Source: Kudoa neothunni (lineage: Eukaryota; Animalia; Cnidaria). Taken from it: a DNA stretch of 64,000 nt. The position numbers and the translations under genes are program-made. Of this stretch, positions 23,931 to 38,777 are shown piece after piece. Positions within the stretch are counted from its first letter, which is position 1. Every line of letters begins with the position of its first letter. Below the pieces are notes generated by a model. That model was not told where the DNA came from, made no database searches, and saw only the letters and a list, made by a program, of their open reading frames with translations. The stretch covers positions 8,019,550-8,083,549 of the forward strand of contig OZ199838.1 of NCBI GenBank assembly GCA_964304625.1, given 5' to 3'.

Positions 23931-26530
23931 TACTATATTACGAATCATGTAGAGTAAACCTTACTCTACATGATAAATAAACTTATACGAACTGTTTAAT
24001 AAAGAAATACGGCCCCATTAATTGATTAATGTAAATATATTGAATTCCTCCAAACTTCCGATATCATTAGATTTCATATCACAAATTTTTGCTTTTTTAA
24101 TGAAGTCTACATTCCAAATTTTATCAATAAATATGATAAATAATTATCCATATGAAATTAACAAAGTTGTCAACAAGGAAATTATGTCAGGATAATTAAA
24201 AAAAATCCATAAATAATGAACGTGGAAGTTAGCAAAATAATGCACTGCCAGACGAGTTTAGTATTTCTTACCAGTTAACTATAGAATTTTATGTAGTTAA
24301 TATGTTTCAATCATAATAATAATAATAATTCTTTAACAATTGTTCATAAAAAAATTCTTAATTAGTCATAAAATACGAATTTGGAATAAATCATATTTTT
24401 TTGTATATTTATTTTAAACAGTAACTGCACCATAATAAAAGAAATAAAATAAATGATTATGTGGCGTCCGCGTAAAAACTTTCTAAAAAGTTAAAATTTT
24501 ATGATGAGGATAAAAAACTATATACACAAGAAACTTAAAAAATTCTAAAGTTTTGTAGAAGTAAAAGGTCATGCTTTACGTTTTTATCAAAGAGTTGGAA
24601 TTCTGTATGTCAAAAAAAGAGTTAAACGAATTAAATAATTTTTATGATTATCATCTAATATAATTTAAATTCTTCAAATTCGTGCTATGATAATCACTTA
24701 AATTCATTGTATTAATAAACCCAATTCTAGATTTTTGATTGAAAATGCAGGATTACTAACTATTACTAAATTGATTATCTCCGTTTATACATTAGCTATC
24801 ATTTAATATTCAATAATAGATCAATAATTTTCAGATAAAAAGTTACTATTACGAGGAAACTATTTTGGTAATAGTAAAGGAAACGGCTACTAAATTTCAA
24901 CCGCTAAACTTCATTTATTTGCGCCGATTCTTTCACGATTGTTCATATTAAAATAAAAGAATACCGAGAGATAATATTCAGCCAGTCACGGTAACATCTA
25001 ATTTTGGTATAAAGTTCCGAAAAGAACGTTATCGGCACACGAGGAATCTTCGTTAAATTTCCAGTGACCAATGAAAACCCACTTTATTTTGAATACACTA
25101 ACTTCTAAATTTAGTATATGTCTTAATAACATTTATAGTAATGCATCGTTCCAAAATTATCTTCTCTATTTTTTTTACATTGACTTTGAATCCTTCAAAA
25201 TGACAATACGATCAATTATCATTTATCTTAGTTTATAAATTTTTTTAGTTAATTTGTCGGAGTTATAAAAAAAGCTATAATCGTTATATCATCAAAATTT
25301 TATGATGAAATTTTTATAGTGGCAATATAAGCAATCGTCAAACTTTTTTATATATAATAATTCTAAAACAAATATTGTAATAATTAATTTTTGAAAAATC
25401 ATTTTTTATAAAAGCTATTTACACAAAATAAAATGAGTAATATGATTCGGGATTTAATAATATATTGTTAAACATATATTATATGTGTCACTTGATTTGT
25501 TTGTATACGAATGGTCTTAAAATTTTATGTCCAATCATTTCTTACAGTTTTAAAACTAATTATTCTATTTTAAATCTTATGTTAAAATTTTCAGATAATT
25601 GTGGGTTTTCTCTATTTCTATAATATTTTATTATTTACCAGTTGGTTTAACATTATATTATGACTTAACATTAATTCTTTACTCACGATAAATTGTTATA
25701 AAAATTATTTTAACGAGGCAGTTACTGCGACATATAATTTGATAAAATGATAAATAATTGGCACGCCATAGTTTTCAAAAAATTTCATTTAAGGTACCGG
25801 CCAACGGCCCAAGAATTTTTCTGCTTTCCGTGAAGGATTACTTTTTCATTTTCAATAAAATGCTTTTTACCATCAAAAGGTTTACGATTATGAACATTAA
25901 ATGCACGAATATTCCTAATTTTTTAACAATAGCCCGATGTCCTTGTGGTTACATTAGTATTTTCGAAGGCGGATAGAATAGTTTCATCCATGCTCTAATT
26001 GTAAATAATCATACATATCATCTTTACCGTTATGTTTTGGGGATGATGAAACAAATTCCAACTTGAAAAAAAGTTCCAGTTCGAGGAGTTACCTTAGTCT
26101 TACTCCACACCATCGAATTGTGAATCTAACTACTATTAACGCGAATTATTCCACCTGATCAATGGGCAAAAATATCTGATTCATTGTGAACAATGAAAAT
26201 TGCGTAACTATGAAGTATACATGATACAAGTAGGAAATAACAATTTAAATCCTAATATAATACGGGATTAAATAACACAACTGGAAGATTAACCCTAAAA
26301 GATTTATAATTAAATTTTTTGAGAATTGAACGATTTTGCCCAATATGTAAAATCGTAAAAAAATATCGTGAAAGAATAGGCGAAACATAGCACTCATTTT
26401 ATAATCATTATCGTTTTATCTTTGAATACTTATCTAACAAACTTATAAATAATATTATTGTATAAAATGGAATTTGATTGCATTTATACGGAAGAAAAAT
26501 TTAAAAAGAAGTTAAAATCCATTGGAATAA

Positions 26531-27570
26531 CTAATTATTGGTGCTGTTAGTACAATTAATTGGATACAAGGTCGCAATATGGGAGAGAAAATCTTCAAAA
26601 AATTTCCATCTATCATCATATTTGGATCTAAACCATTCCTCCAATAGATATAAGTATAGTTTAGTACGCGGCACTCCACACATATTGCGAATAATCTTAG
26701 TTTTTAAATGGTGCCACACCACCTCAACAGTATTTGTGTGTGAGCCATCTTCGGAAACGTATTCCAATGTATGGTTGATCCTATGATGACGATAACCGTA
26801 TATAAACAAAGGCCGATAAGCCAACCATTCATCTATATAAATAGAAGCACCCGTCTCAACTTCATTTAAAATTATTGGGATAAGTGTTCCTATATTTCTC
26901 TTTTCCACAATAAAAAATCAAGATCCTATTAAGCTTCTTTTTTGATTGTTATCGACCTAACATTCGCAGATGCCTAAAACCCAAGGTCCATCAATTCTGT
27001 CGTTATATTTCTCTCGGTTGGTGCTGGTGCTCGAATCATCTTGTTCTTCTGCCTCTTAAAAGCGTCTCATCGATCTCAATGATGGTCCCTTCTCTTCCTA
27101 GTTTAGAGCGATTTTGAAAAAGATTTCTGCAAATTTCTTTGAAGCGGTCAAACCAAAAGGTTACTGTTTTCTCGCTAATCGTAAATTTGGAGACGTTGTG
27201 ACCATCCATGCCTTTTAATCCAGAAAATGTAGAGTTTCTTGCGGAAAAGTAGGTTTTACAATCATTTCTAAGAATATTTAATTCGAGACTTATATTTTAT
27301 ATACTTTTTGCATCTATATGATAAATGGATATCTTCGTCTCCATTCCTTAATGTTGATGAACTCATATTCACGTTTCGCCTTTTTCTCTTATATGTAACT
27401 ATTGTATTGCGGCGACGGCAATTAGAACAACGATTTGGAGGGTTTTGGAGTAAATTTTTGAGTCTCAAAAATATTATCAGGCGGTCGGTATCATTCAAAA
27501 GTTTATAAAACTTTCTCTGAGTTGCGATACAATACATCTGAATATTACTCACGCTATGATGATGCGCCAA
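26531..27570 (-). mobile_element. Merlin / IS1595(ISXO2)-like transposase pseudogene
   Basis: IYIDEWLAY, INHTLEYV..HTNTVEVVWHHLK; N-terminal CSNC..YRC zinc ribbon; stops and frameshifts. Confidence 0.85.
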
Positions 27571-27799
27571 AAAATATTAATCGAGAAATTATATGAAACG
27601 GATAAGACTGTTTCATTAAATTTCAAACTAAAAAATAAAAATTATTATGTAAGAATAGAGTTGTTCTAACGTTTATAAAGTTAACAATAAACTGAAACGA
27701 CAAACGCCGATAATGATTTCGCCACCACCGATTGTTCACGATTCATAAAATTTCGATTTTTTTTTTGAATAATTTTTAGCGTAATTTCTTTACCACTCA

Positions 27800-28345
27800 A
27801 TATTTACCAAATGTATGAAATTAAACTGTATATAAATCGAGTATATTGAGCATGCGCAAGCACGTTAAATTTTATTGTCGCATACTCCCAGATTACCGAA
27901 AACCCAAAACGAATAGGGAAGCCCCAATCTATAATTAGAAATATAATGCAAAATCCTTCAAAATTGAAATTACTCAATAATTTAGCATTATAAAATTCAG
28001 GTTCTCTTTCTATCTGCAATAACTTTTCAATTTCACCTGAAGATATACTTTCTGCATCAGAAGAAGCCACTATTGCTGGACAATACAATGTGCCGGGAAA
28101 ATTCTGTTACTATTTGTGATTAAAAATGACAGGATTTGTTATTTGTGTACTTAATAATAAGCTCACCTGTATCTCAAATAGCTTAATATGCGGGAAACAA
28201 AATTTTTCTGATATTTTAAAAAATTATGGAAAACAATTTTTTATGAATTTACGTGAAATCCGGGGTAAAAATGATTAAAATTAATGAATTTAAAGCCAGT
28301 TTATTCGGAAGTGGGCTCGTGGAGCCCAGGGTCAGTGTTTGAGGG
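27800..28345 (-). mobile_element. piggyBac end fragment
   Basis: gtgggctcgtggagcccagggtcagtgtttgaggg|ttaa terminus with subterminal palindrome, same architecture as 1381-1416. Confidence 0.55.
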
Positions 28346-29189
28346 TTAATCGAAAAAATATAATTTATTAACATTAAAATATATCAGAAAAAGTTTAGAT
28401 GTTTGTAAATTTACACAGATATTTATAGTCAAGTCATACCCCAAAAAACAATTACATTAGTAAATTTATCACAACAAATATGTTTTTCATCATAAATCGT
28501 ACTCAATCGACCTCCCTAGTTGGGTCGCTTGTAAAGATGATAGTTACATACATTTGCACAAAGATAGGTACGACGGCAGATCTTGAGTTTGAGTTACATG
28601 ATATATGGAGAAATTAATATTTACTCATGGCTGTCTCTAAAAGTTAATAAGAATATCTTAATCTTTGTCTTGAGATAGTGTTCCGTAGATTTAGGTCGCT
28701 TGAAGAGTTTTCGAAGTGTCCACAAGGATTGAAACGAAGATTACAGATTAATATAATTATTTTCGTAGCTTTTGTAATTTTAATTCAAATCTAATTTGTA
28801 AATAAGATCTATCCTTCTTAATCAACTATAAACTTAATGGAAAATATTCTTATTGTTTTATACACTGTTGATAAAAACCAAAATTAATGATCATTTGAAT
28901 TTCAGAAAAATTTAACGCTAATTTATTCATTAATTTTTTATGGGCCGCAAAGTATCTCTTCATAAAAGAAAAAAATTAAATGATATAATTAGGAAACTTG
29001 GAGATTGATTTTAACCTAGAAATAAAAATAAATGTTAGAGGGGAGCTTTAATTGATGTTACTAAATGGTGTAGCATGGAGTAGAAAGGTGGGAAGCATTA
29101 TCTAAAAATCCCCAAAAATTCAGTGAAATCTCTATAACGCATATGAACCCCTACAAGCTTTCATCTACCACTTTGGAGACCCCTGATAT

Positions 29190-29800
29190 AGATGAATCGG
29201 TGTTTTTCATTTCATTATGAAGATAACGCGGTAGATCTATTTCTGGGACGAGAGAAAATTTCAAAGTTAAATTGTCCGATCTATAAACATAAAATTAATT
29301 TTAATTATAAGGTCAGGAAGAATTTGGACTTTTTAAGTGGAATGTAGATCTGTAAATCCTGATATATTTTATGTTTTCATCAGTAAATTATTCAATTATC
29401 TGAATAACAAAGGGATCGAAAAGAGCCCATTCCTTGTTTCTGGACAATGTTATATTCCTTAAAACAGATTTAATTCTTTAATTAATTCAGACGGGAAATC
29501 ATAAGCTTCCATTTTTGGCGATATATTTACCTTTTCTTAATTTTTTAGAGGAGTTTTTACATCAATTAGATGCTATTGTAAGAAATAAAATGTCTAAAAA
29601 CCAGGAGGAACTACTAAACACTATAATGGAGAGTCCCGTAGAAATTGATTCACATAACTGTCGTAATTATTCAAACCACATTAAATTATATTTTCCATAG
29701 TGTTTACGTATGGAAGAAATTGATAATTATTTGTAATCATTCAATTCTAAGAAAGTTACAATATAATTTTACAGTGTTGCATTTTGAAGTTGAAATACTA
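29190..29800 (+). pseudogene. Tc1/IS630-like transposase remnant, same family as 7657-9249
   Basis: atagatgaatcgg (IDES), DNV.., LEEFLHQL..IVRNK..NQEELL; partial TIR gttgcattttgaag..aaatact. Confidence 0.7.
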
Positions 29801-31088
29801 CACACTTGCTATCCGATTGTTTCAAAATATTTTTTTATTTAAATATTATCAAATTAGTAAATACTTGGTGATAATATCTTTTTGATCGAATAAAAGATTA
29901 TTTTTTATTAACTAAAAAACTCTTAATGCGAATGGGTTCTATTTTTCTCAAAATGAGTCATGTTCTAAATTCTAACATACTCCTTTCATGGAATAACAGA
30001 TTTATATACAAGTTTGAAGCCACCGTAAAAATTTATTACAGTAAGATAACCTAAATTTGATTTTATTATTTATTCTCTAGCCTGGTTGTAAGAATTATTA
30101 TAATTTATTTTAGCTTATATTTTACTTCAAAAATTTCTGCGTGAAAAGATAATTTTATCAAATGGAGGAAAACATTAAAATAATATCACTTTTACGGTAA
30201 AAGACTAAATAAATTCAATAATAGACTATAACTTTTTAGAAGAAATATAATTTCAATCTCATTCAATTAACATGAAAAACAGTAATTTGCATATTTTAGC
30301 GATCTTGACAAGACATGATTGTTATTTAAATAAGTTTAATAAAAATTAAAGTATTTGAAAATTCTAAGCTCATCTTACCTTATTTTAAGAATGTACGGCG
30401 CCACAAAACCATTCATTTCTGAAAATAATTTATAATCTCAAATTATGCGTTTTATTTTCTTTGATCATAATATTTTTGGATAAAAATATATCTTTAGTGT
30501 TTGAAAATGGAATCTACAGCTGAATAATTGATATGTGTCACAAACTTAAAGTAAGACGCAACCTATCTTGTAAATATTGCTTTAGTGACTTTATCTGTTA
30601 AAATTGTTTCTAACAACATACTAAACATTTTTATGACATTTAATACATGAAATAATAGATGCTTTTAGCATAAAGAGAGTGAAAATTCATTTTATTGATT
30701 GTCACTCTGAAATAAACAAACATAAATACTACACAGGTACTTTTATTTGGTTTGTAAATTAAGGAACCAGAATATTTCTTACTTCTGATGAAATCGAAAA
30801 TTATATTACTCAAATGATATAGATTGTAGAATATATCCATATGCCACCAATCTTCAATCAGAAAATTAAAGAACTTACCTGCTGAATTCTCCAGGAAATA
30901 TCCAATGAGAAATATTGTCTTATAATATTACTGAATAATCCTTGTAATAATTTATAGATACAGCATTTTACTTAGCAAGAAAATAAGGCTGATTTATGTG
31001 ATATCATTAAATTAAAAGGCATGGGTTTTTATAAATTCACTGATTCAAACAGTATTCGGTAGTTAATCAATCTAGAACTTTTGAGTCT

Positions 31089-31918
31089 TCAGTCTGTATA
31101 TTTAAAAGATTTATCCAAAACATCCAGTAACTCTTGTTTTTCTACATCGGTACAGTTACCAATTTGTTCTTGTGTTCTCGTTAAACAATCAATTTCTTTG
31201 GCCCCTCTTGCAAACATACAACTATGCCTATGAAATTTGTATTTTAGTTTAAAAATAGTTTTTTACCTTGCAACAACTTCTACCACAACGAACTTGCATT
31301 TTATAGAAGAATATATGGCATCAGCGACCTCTTTAGTGAGTCTTTCTTGAACTAAAATCGTTTATCACGGGCTAAGCAAATGTAACTACCTTGAAGTCTC
31401 TTTGAATACATTAATACAATTCTAAAATTTATTATACTAGTTTGTGTAGAAGAATTTACCTGGAGAATTTACTCAACCCAAGCACCAACTTATTAGGAAT
31501 ATATCCCACATACACTTTTCCAAACATCGGAAGCAAATGATGTTCACACAACGAACTAAAGGCTATGTTTGGTACTACAACATACTTGGAATGATGAACT
31601 TCATCAAAAAGTGCAGTAGATACAACCTCTAGCGTATAAATGAAAATAATCATACATTATTTGTTCAGGATAGTTACCTTTTAATGTTACTTTGTAGCCC
31701 ATGGTCATTTCATGCAAAGCTCGAGCGAATCTTTTTGGAGTTTCTCGTATATCCTTGTTATTCCTAGGATCCAGTCCTAAATCTTTAAGAAATTGTTCGA
31801 TACCATCTTCAAGGCTGGCTGGTGTATCATCCAACCCAAGACTTGAAACGGATAGCTTTGTGAGTTCATCGTCGCTGCTGCCTTTCCAATCTCCTCCTTT
31901 TATAGTAGGAATTTCCAT
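31089..31918 (-). CDS. GCH1: GTP cyclohydrolase I, 5 exons (start approximate)
   Basis: [58 protein letters not shown] (Zn ligands C/H/C present). Four GT-AG introns, e.g. 31629-31677. Confidence 0.93.
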
Positions 31919-32484
31919 TATTTGTTTCGAAGAGATGACTGTTACTGTGGTATGCTTTTGGGGATCGTTAATAGAGATTAAAAGTGATATACTTTTCGAT
32001 TAATGAAAATATACATTATTGATCGACATGCATTTTTCTAATTTTTCAAACTTTTTCCAAATTCTCTAACATTTTTATTTGTCGTTTTAAATAGATTCCA
32101 CAACTTTTTCTTTTCGCCAAATTATTATTAAAAGCTCTTTTGGAACAATAATAACATTAGACGAGATTTTATGATAATGAGCTCCCCTGAGATAATCACG
32201 CCCATAATTAACATATTATAGCTAACGCAAAACTTTGATAATTTCTTTCGTTATAACGTCTGCAATGTATAAAAAACTTTTATTAAAGAAACTATTGAAA
32301 AAATTGAAATTTTTATCCTTGATCAATTCTGCCCTTTCAATTGCTCGCTCGCTCATTTCTAATCCAAATATCTATAAATTGCATATTTTATTAAAAACCT
32401 AAACAATATATTGATTGTTTTATGAATATAAAAATCATTAAAATATAACACCAATACACTTCCGAACATGAAATTTATTACAAA

Positions 32485-33525
32485 CTAGCGCGAATTGCCC
32501 AGCATTGCTTGGGGAAGATTTCGCCTAGAGGCATTTTTTAATAGCATTCAAAAAATATATTGAAATCTCGAATTAACCCATAGAAACAAAATAACTAAAA
32601 TTTGTTAAGCAACTTATTATAACGATTTGGATTATGCAATTTAAATTATGATAATTTCTGTGAAGGAAAGAATCAATCCCTGCGTCCATTTAAAAATTTC
32701 GTGGCTCGGTAATTGTGTGCACCACCAACTTTTTAAGAGATAAAAAAATAGAAAAAATAAAAGAGATAGAAGAAAACTTATGAAAATTAATCGATATTGC
32801 TAAAATTAGCATCGTTTAGCTCGGCATAAACATACATGCGCTTTTATCATAAACAGCCACAAATCGCGTCGATTTCAACGTAAACAATTTAAATAATTTG
32901 GTGAAATAAAAGTACAACCATCCGCATTGAATTTAATCACGCAAAGTAAAGCTTAGCGAACGATTTAATGAGACCTATGAACGCAGTATTTCCATTATAA
33001 CGCTTCAATCAATGTAACTTTAACATTTTCCACGAATTCGTTATTTATGAAACATGTATAAATTTTTTATCACATTGAAAACCATTAATAGAACTTATAA
33101 AATTACTTATCAAGTCATATACGTTAAAACTCCACAAATAAGGAATGTGTTTAAACAGACACCCAAATAGAAATGCCAACCTTATACATAAAGATAGATA
33201 GAAGCAGTTCATGAACATATGATGGAGCATATAAGGGAGATAGTTAACTTCAACCGACCATCACCATCACATAAGCAGCGCTAATCCTATACTTGAACCC
33301 ATGTAATCCGATAAACAAACTTTAAATCGACAAAATCACTATTTCATAAATACCTTTTGGGAACTTTAGTAGTCCGAAAACAATTAAACGATTTTTTTAA
33401 ATTTCACAAATTTATAAAAATTTTATATATGGCTCTCTATACGGAAAAAATTGTCCGCACATGCGTACTTAGGGGCACACACACAAACAAACATACCAAC
33501 AGTCCTCTTTTATATATATAAAGGA
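32485..33525 (-). mobile_element. Non-autonomous Helitron-like element
   Basis: Minus strand begins TC-ctttatatatataaaagag..tgtttgtttgtgtgtgt and ends with hairpin cccaagcaatgctggg followed by CTAG|T. No TSD and no ORF. Confidence 0.65.
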
Positions 33526-34274
33526 CTGCACCATTTTACCATAAGGTTTGATGAAATTATTAAAATATTTCCTTGTTGAGGATGAAAACATCCACGGATT
33601 TTTTCAATTTTTATGGTAAATTAGGAGAAAAAATCTTGGAATTGATCCACATTGAAAAATCTCAGTACAACGAAAGTTTAATAAAATCATTATTTATGAT
33701 ATATTAGAATGCAGAATTTACGCAGTGAATTGCGGGATATCATTTATCATTCTAAATAGCATATAAAGTTTCAAGTTTTTAGTTTTAGTATCAATAATAT
33801 TTTTTAATGGTGTTTTTCAATTGTGGGTAAGCGTGATCTGAATCCTACACGGATGATATATGTTTATAATTTATAGCTTTCAATTAGAAAACCTACTATT
33901 CTTTAAGTTGCTTTTGGTAAAGAAACTTAATTTGCATATTCAAAAATTTCTGATTATATTGAACAAGAACTTTAAAACTAAGTGAAGAATCATTTTTTCC
34001 TCCTTTAGTTCAAACTAGGAGAAACGACAAAATTAGGTTATTTGAAGTCCAGTGAAGAACAAAGTCCTTCAAAATATTTTTATCCAAGTTAAAGTTTGTT
34101 TGGTAATGATCAACTTTTAATTAGACACTATGTCTTCTTTATTACTTAAAATATAAAATTTATAAAAATCTAATTGAGAGACAAAAAATCATGCTTGTAA
34201 AGAATTACTCATTCGTTCTCTTTATTTTATGAAAGAAATTTCAATAAAAATCAGATCCATACATTTATTTAGAT

Positions 34275-34997
34275 CAGTGGTGGGCACAACTTTTGGTTCT
34301 GCGGGCCACATTGGCTCATTACAAAAACTTGGAGGGCCACATTGTTGACTAAATGTTTTCTGTGGACTTAAATACCTATTGGTGGTTTTTCTAACATTTT
34401 TGGTACAATACAAAAGTTAATGTATAAATTAATTTAAAAAGGAACTAAATAATTAAAAAAAATAGAAATTTGGTGATCGGCATACTATTTCAAGTTTCGA
34501 TTGGAATAATAGATTTTATCGCTTTTCAAATATGTTAATAAATTAGATTTTTTTAAGCCCAGCGAATGTAATGGAAAATATGGATATGGTTCTTATTGCG
34601 TCAAACCTAATTTATGTATGAGTATCGCATGCTCATGTGTTTTCCTGCTATTTAGTTATTTTTAGATTATTTTTGTTGTGAATTGAATCTCGTGTACCAT
34701 TTTTTCTGAAGTTTATGACATGTGATTTTGTTTTAAGGGCGTATTAGATCTTACCTCATTCACATTTACATATAATCATAGGTACGATGCAAGCTTAGGT
34801 AAAACATCAAATCAGATAATAAAATCGCGTAAAATTAAAGTTTAAAAATCCATAATATTCATCAAAAGGTTGTTTACTTATTTGTTTATGGAAGATAAAT
34901 GTTGCCTTGGCGTTTCTAGATTTTGAAAACATGTACACGCTCGCGCAATTTTTTAGCCTCATAAACCCGTCCGAGGGCCGCACTTTGCCCACCACTG
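34275..34997. mobile_element. hAT-type MITE
   Basis: TIRs cagtggtgggca / tgcccaccactg; 8 bp TSD atttagat / atctagat; subterminal gggcc(a/g)ca repeats. Confidence 0.9.
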
Positions 34998-35319
34998 ATC
35001 TAGATAATTTTCGTATCCTAGTTTAAATCGGGAAGCTGTACAGATGATGGAGTAGTTCAGTATAAAGATACAATTTATTCGAAAATGATAAGCTTTTATA
35101 AATGTCTGACGTAGATGGCTAATTACGGCAGGAGTACACTAAATTAATAATGCCAAATGAAATTTTCTCCCGAATCTAAAATTCCCATTATATTCCGTTT
35201 CAATCCACGTTGTTTTTAAATAAAAATAAAGTGTCTTCCAATGTCAACATCAATTAATGGAGCTTTCTTGTTATTTAAATTTTAATTAAATGATTTGAAG
35301 AACACCAAATATTTTAAAG

Positions 35320-36130
35320 TCGGGGCTGAAATTTGATATACGCCCCCTTTAAGCACAATTAGAAAAAATATTTTGGACTAAACGAGATTATATTTATTAC
35401 CAACGATAAGTATGTAATAGTTGACAGTCTTTCTAACACGATGTCATACATCATTATTTGAAGAGCATTGATAAAACCATTCCACAGATCATAGCAGTTT
35501 TTCCTCCTCCATTGAAATTCAGCAGGGAATTCGTTGATTCCATCCATAGCAACAGAGCCAACATCTTGGGCTGAAGATGTCCTATTTCGAGGTGAAATTT
35601 TGTATTTTATAACTCCCCATGTACCTTCAATTGTGCTTGTGTGTGCTCCAGTAGTACTATCAACGTATTCAACGCTATGACTAACCGTTAAATGCTGATA
35701 GATGCTATGCAATGTAGAATAACTCTTGAAGCAATCGGTTATTATAATTGAATAGAACTTTATACATGGGTTTTTATTATTCCTATTAATGTTTCTGCTG
35801 TTCTACCAGGAACTTCGACAAGAAACAATTTCTTTTCAGGCGTCCTTTCCACGCCACCAAATATCCATGCTCAATTAACATCATGACCCCGCTCGTATTT
35901 CCGCTTGCTAAGTTTTGATTCATCGATTTCAACGTTTATATTTTCCCCAACAATGATGATATCTTCAAAATATAAACTGTCACAAACTATTTGTATGAAA
36001 TAATGGCAATAATTTGTGATTGTCTGGGGAGAATGAGCAGTAATTTTTATCAAATCAATTGTCTTCACGCCAATCAACCAATAATATGATAATTGTCGTA
36101 ATTGCATTTTTCACATATGGTTGATGGCTG
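35320..36130 (-). mobile_element. Merlin / IS1595-like transposon, decayed
   Basis: VEIDESKLSKRKYERGH, HSVEYVDSTTGAHTSTIEGTWG; terminus similar to 39897-39927. Confidence 0.85.
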
Positions 36131-36183
36131 AAAAACATTATTTCCAATTAAATATTTTAAAGAATTCTCTTAATTTTAAAATA

Positions 36184-36732
36184 CAGTCAAACCTCGTTTG
36201 TCCGGAAAATTTGGGACTGGCGATCTTTTCGGATAGCGGATAGCGAGGTTCCGGTTAATCGAACATAAACAATGTCTTGTGCGCGTGTTTTTTTTAATTT
36301 CTACTTAAAGGATTGTTTACTTGATTAATAAGCAGTTCATTACTATTTATTAAGTGAAATATTTTAAATTCTGTCACTTAAATTAAAAATGTTGACATAT
36401 CTATTAACTAAGAATATGGAGACAAAAGAAAAACAATACATAATTATGGCAGTTTTTACACGTCTAAAGAGGAGTAATCTTTTTTAAACAATCGGTAATT
36501 AATGTATTTTTAATATACATAAAGGCATACGTTCAGATATAGCACAAATTTATGTAAGAATTGGAAGTTTAACATAAATTGGAATAGAAAAATTTATTAA
36601 CAAATAACCTAGAAATATTTTTGTTTTAAATATTGCATTGGTATATATGTTACATTGCATGTCATACGGCGATGGGTGCTATTTTTCGGAAATATGATTA
36701 AATAGTTCTTCCGGATAATCGAGGTTTGATTG
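36184..36732 (-). mobile_element. Tigger/pogo-derived MITE
   Basis: TA|cagtcaaacctcgtttgtccggaa ... ttccggataatcgaggtttgattg|TA; ends resemble 43132-45263. Confidence 0.8.
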
Positions 36733-37099
36733 TAATTATTTTGGAATAATCCTCTATTAAGGGAGAAATGCTCTCTTGTGATTATTAATAATACAGATGT
36801 GCCTCGATACTCCGTAATTTAATTTTGTTAGCATCATGTACTTTAATTCATTAAATAAAACATAAAAACCATATTCAGTATTCTTAAATGGACAATAATA
36901 AGAAAAACAAAAATTTTAAACAAGCGGTTAAAAAACAAATTAGGAAGGACCTTGTGTCTCACTATTGCGTAACTCATTTTTGACTTTATCCTTTTAATCT
37001 AATGGATGCACTATAAAAAGCATCGCAAGTTCTCCAATAACTAATGAAGATATAATAAATATAATTTATTATTATAATTTTCTGAAGTCTATATGGGGT

Positions 37100-38030
37100 G
37101 CTAATGATATTACTGTAAAACGTTTCAGTTTACCAATTTATATTAACTTCAATATTGTTCGATAACTTAAAATAGGTCTCCGAAATCTTGATACAAGTTT
37201 GTCTAAACAAGACAAAACCATGGATTCAAACATTCCAAATTTTGAAAAATATTAAACCCCGAAAATATAAAGATATTAAATAATTTTTACAATTTGGGTA
37301 GTTTCAATGCGAGAAAAAAAACTATTAACTAATTTTTTAATGATCGAGTAATCTTGTATCGTTGCCAAAGATATTTGCATACAAGATTTTAACGAAAACG
37401 AGGATTAGTTTAACAATTGCAGAAGGCGTTACGGTCTGAAAAACTCAAATTGTACGGAAATGGAGAGCGCTGATTTTATATATATTTATCTATGGATCGG
37501 AGAAGTTTTTCCCGAGATATTGTAAAGATACAATCCGGAATATATATTAAATTTGATGAGACGACTCATTTTATGAACATCTGATACAGCGTACGCCCAT
37601 TATTAAAAATTAGCACAATGTACGGTGTAAAACAATTCAAAAGCGTGCTACGATGTTTATCACTTCTACAATAACCCAAGAAAAATTTCAATTACACATA
37701 ATAATAAAATTTTTAGAATAATCGATATTTTAGGGGAATTAGAGAGTTTTCAGTTTAGTGCCATTCGCAAATGAATGTATGATTATCTTCATTTGTATTT
37801 TATCAAATTCTCGAAGATGTGGACCCGAGATTCATTCAAGTTAACAGAAAGGTTTTTATTTAATTATAAAAATGCTCATATTTTCCCTAATCGATCGATT
37901 ATTTCAAAATATCCAGCTCCTACTTCTATCAAAAAACACTGCGCGTGTGGTCAACCAATTTATCTGGGAGTAATTCACCGCTTAAAAAGCCAATTAGAGA
38001 ATATATTATGCATAAATGTGTTATTCGGAT
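37100..38030 (+). pseudogene. Heavily decayed pogo-like transposase
   Basis: Remnants YNPEYILNFDETTHFYE and QPIYLGVIHRLK; similar to 45999-47806. A probable continuation (VLQPSDLEIINCLK) lies at ~39990-40060, beyond the Merlin element. Confidence 0.55.
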
Positions 38031-38777
38031 AGAAGGACCCAAAAATATTTAAATATGCCGTATTTAAATATTTAAATACATTAAAATTGGTTCGGGAATG
38101 GTTACGGTTAAAAAATTAGTAATTGAGTTAATAAGCCGCCTGTTTTCAAACAAAAATAATTGATTTTTTCTTCATTTTTATTGAACAACTAGAAAGCTAA
38201 AACTTTAAAGTAATATGATGATGAAATAACATTATAAAGTAATTAATAGAAAAATTTTAAAATTCATATGTGCAATGATATTATTTTTTGGAAGAAAACG
38301 AAATTTTACATTTAAATTAAGATGATCAAGGTAAATTTACCATTTGTAATGAAGATCCTGATCTCATACACAACGATGAAATCGTTACAACGTTTCAAGT
38401 ATAAAATCTTATAAATCCGCGGAAAACGTATGTCATTGAGAATCCTATTGAATTATTTTCTGTACATCAATTTAAGGATGTCTTACGCGAAATTATTAAT
38501 AAAAAATTATAAAGTAGATGAGTTATTTTCTAAGAAATGTTAAATTAGAAGTTATCATGAGTCCGCAGATGACTCGATATTGCGTAATTTCTTCCCGGTC
38601 CAAAAATATCACGCAATATTGAGACACGACAATATCTAGATCCTAAGTGTTTCAAGGAAGTAATACACCTACCATGATTATCACACGCAGGAAATGCGTA
38701 AATGACACCCTATTTTTTATGACAATGAAAAAGTTGAATGCCAACATGAAGACTGAGAAACAATAAATACTGATATT

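Noticed and set aside
23940-25750. Genes in the long AT-rich tract
   Set aside because: No ORF, splice pattern or motif I can support; probably ancient TE debris.
9531-29185. A giant ~20 kb hAT element bounded by ctggggtctccaaa / tttggagacccctg
   Set aside because: The 8 bp flanks (gattagac vs atatagat) do not form a convincing TSD; more likely ends of independent hAT remnants.
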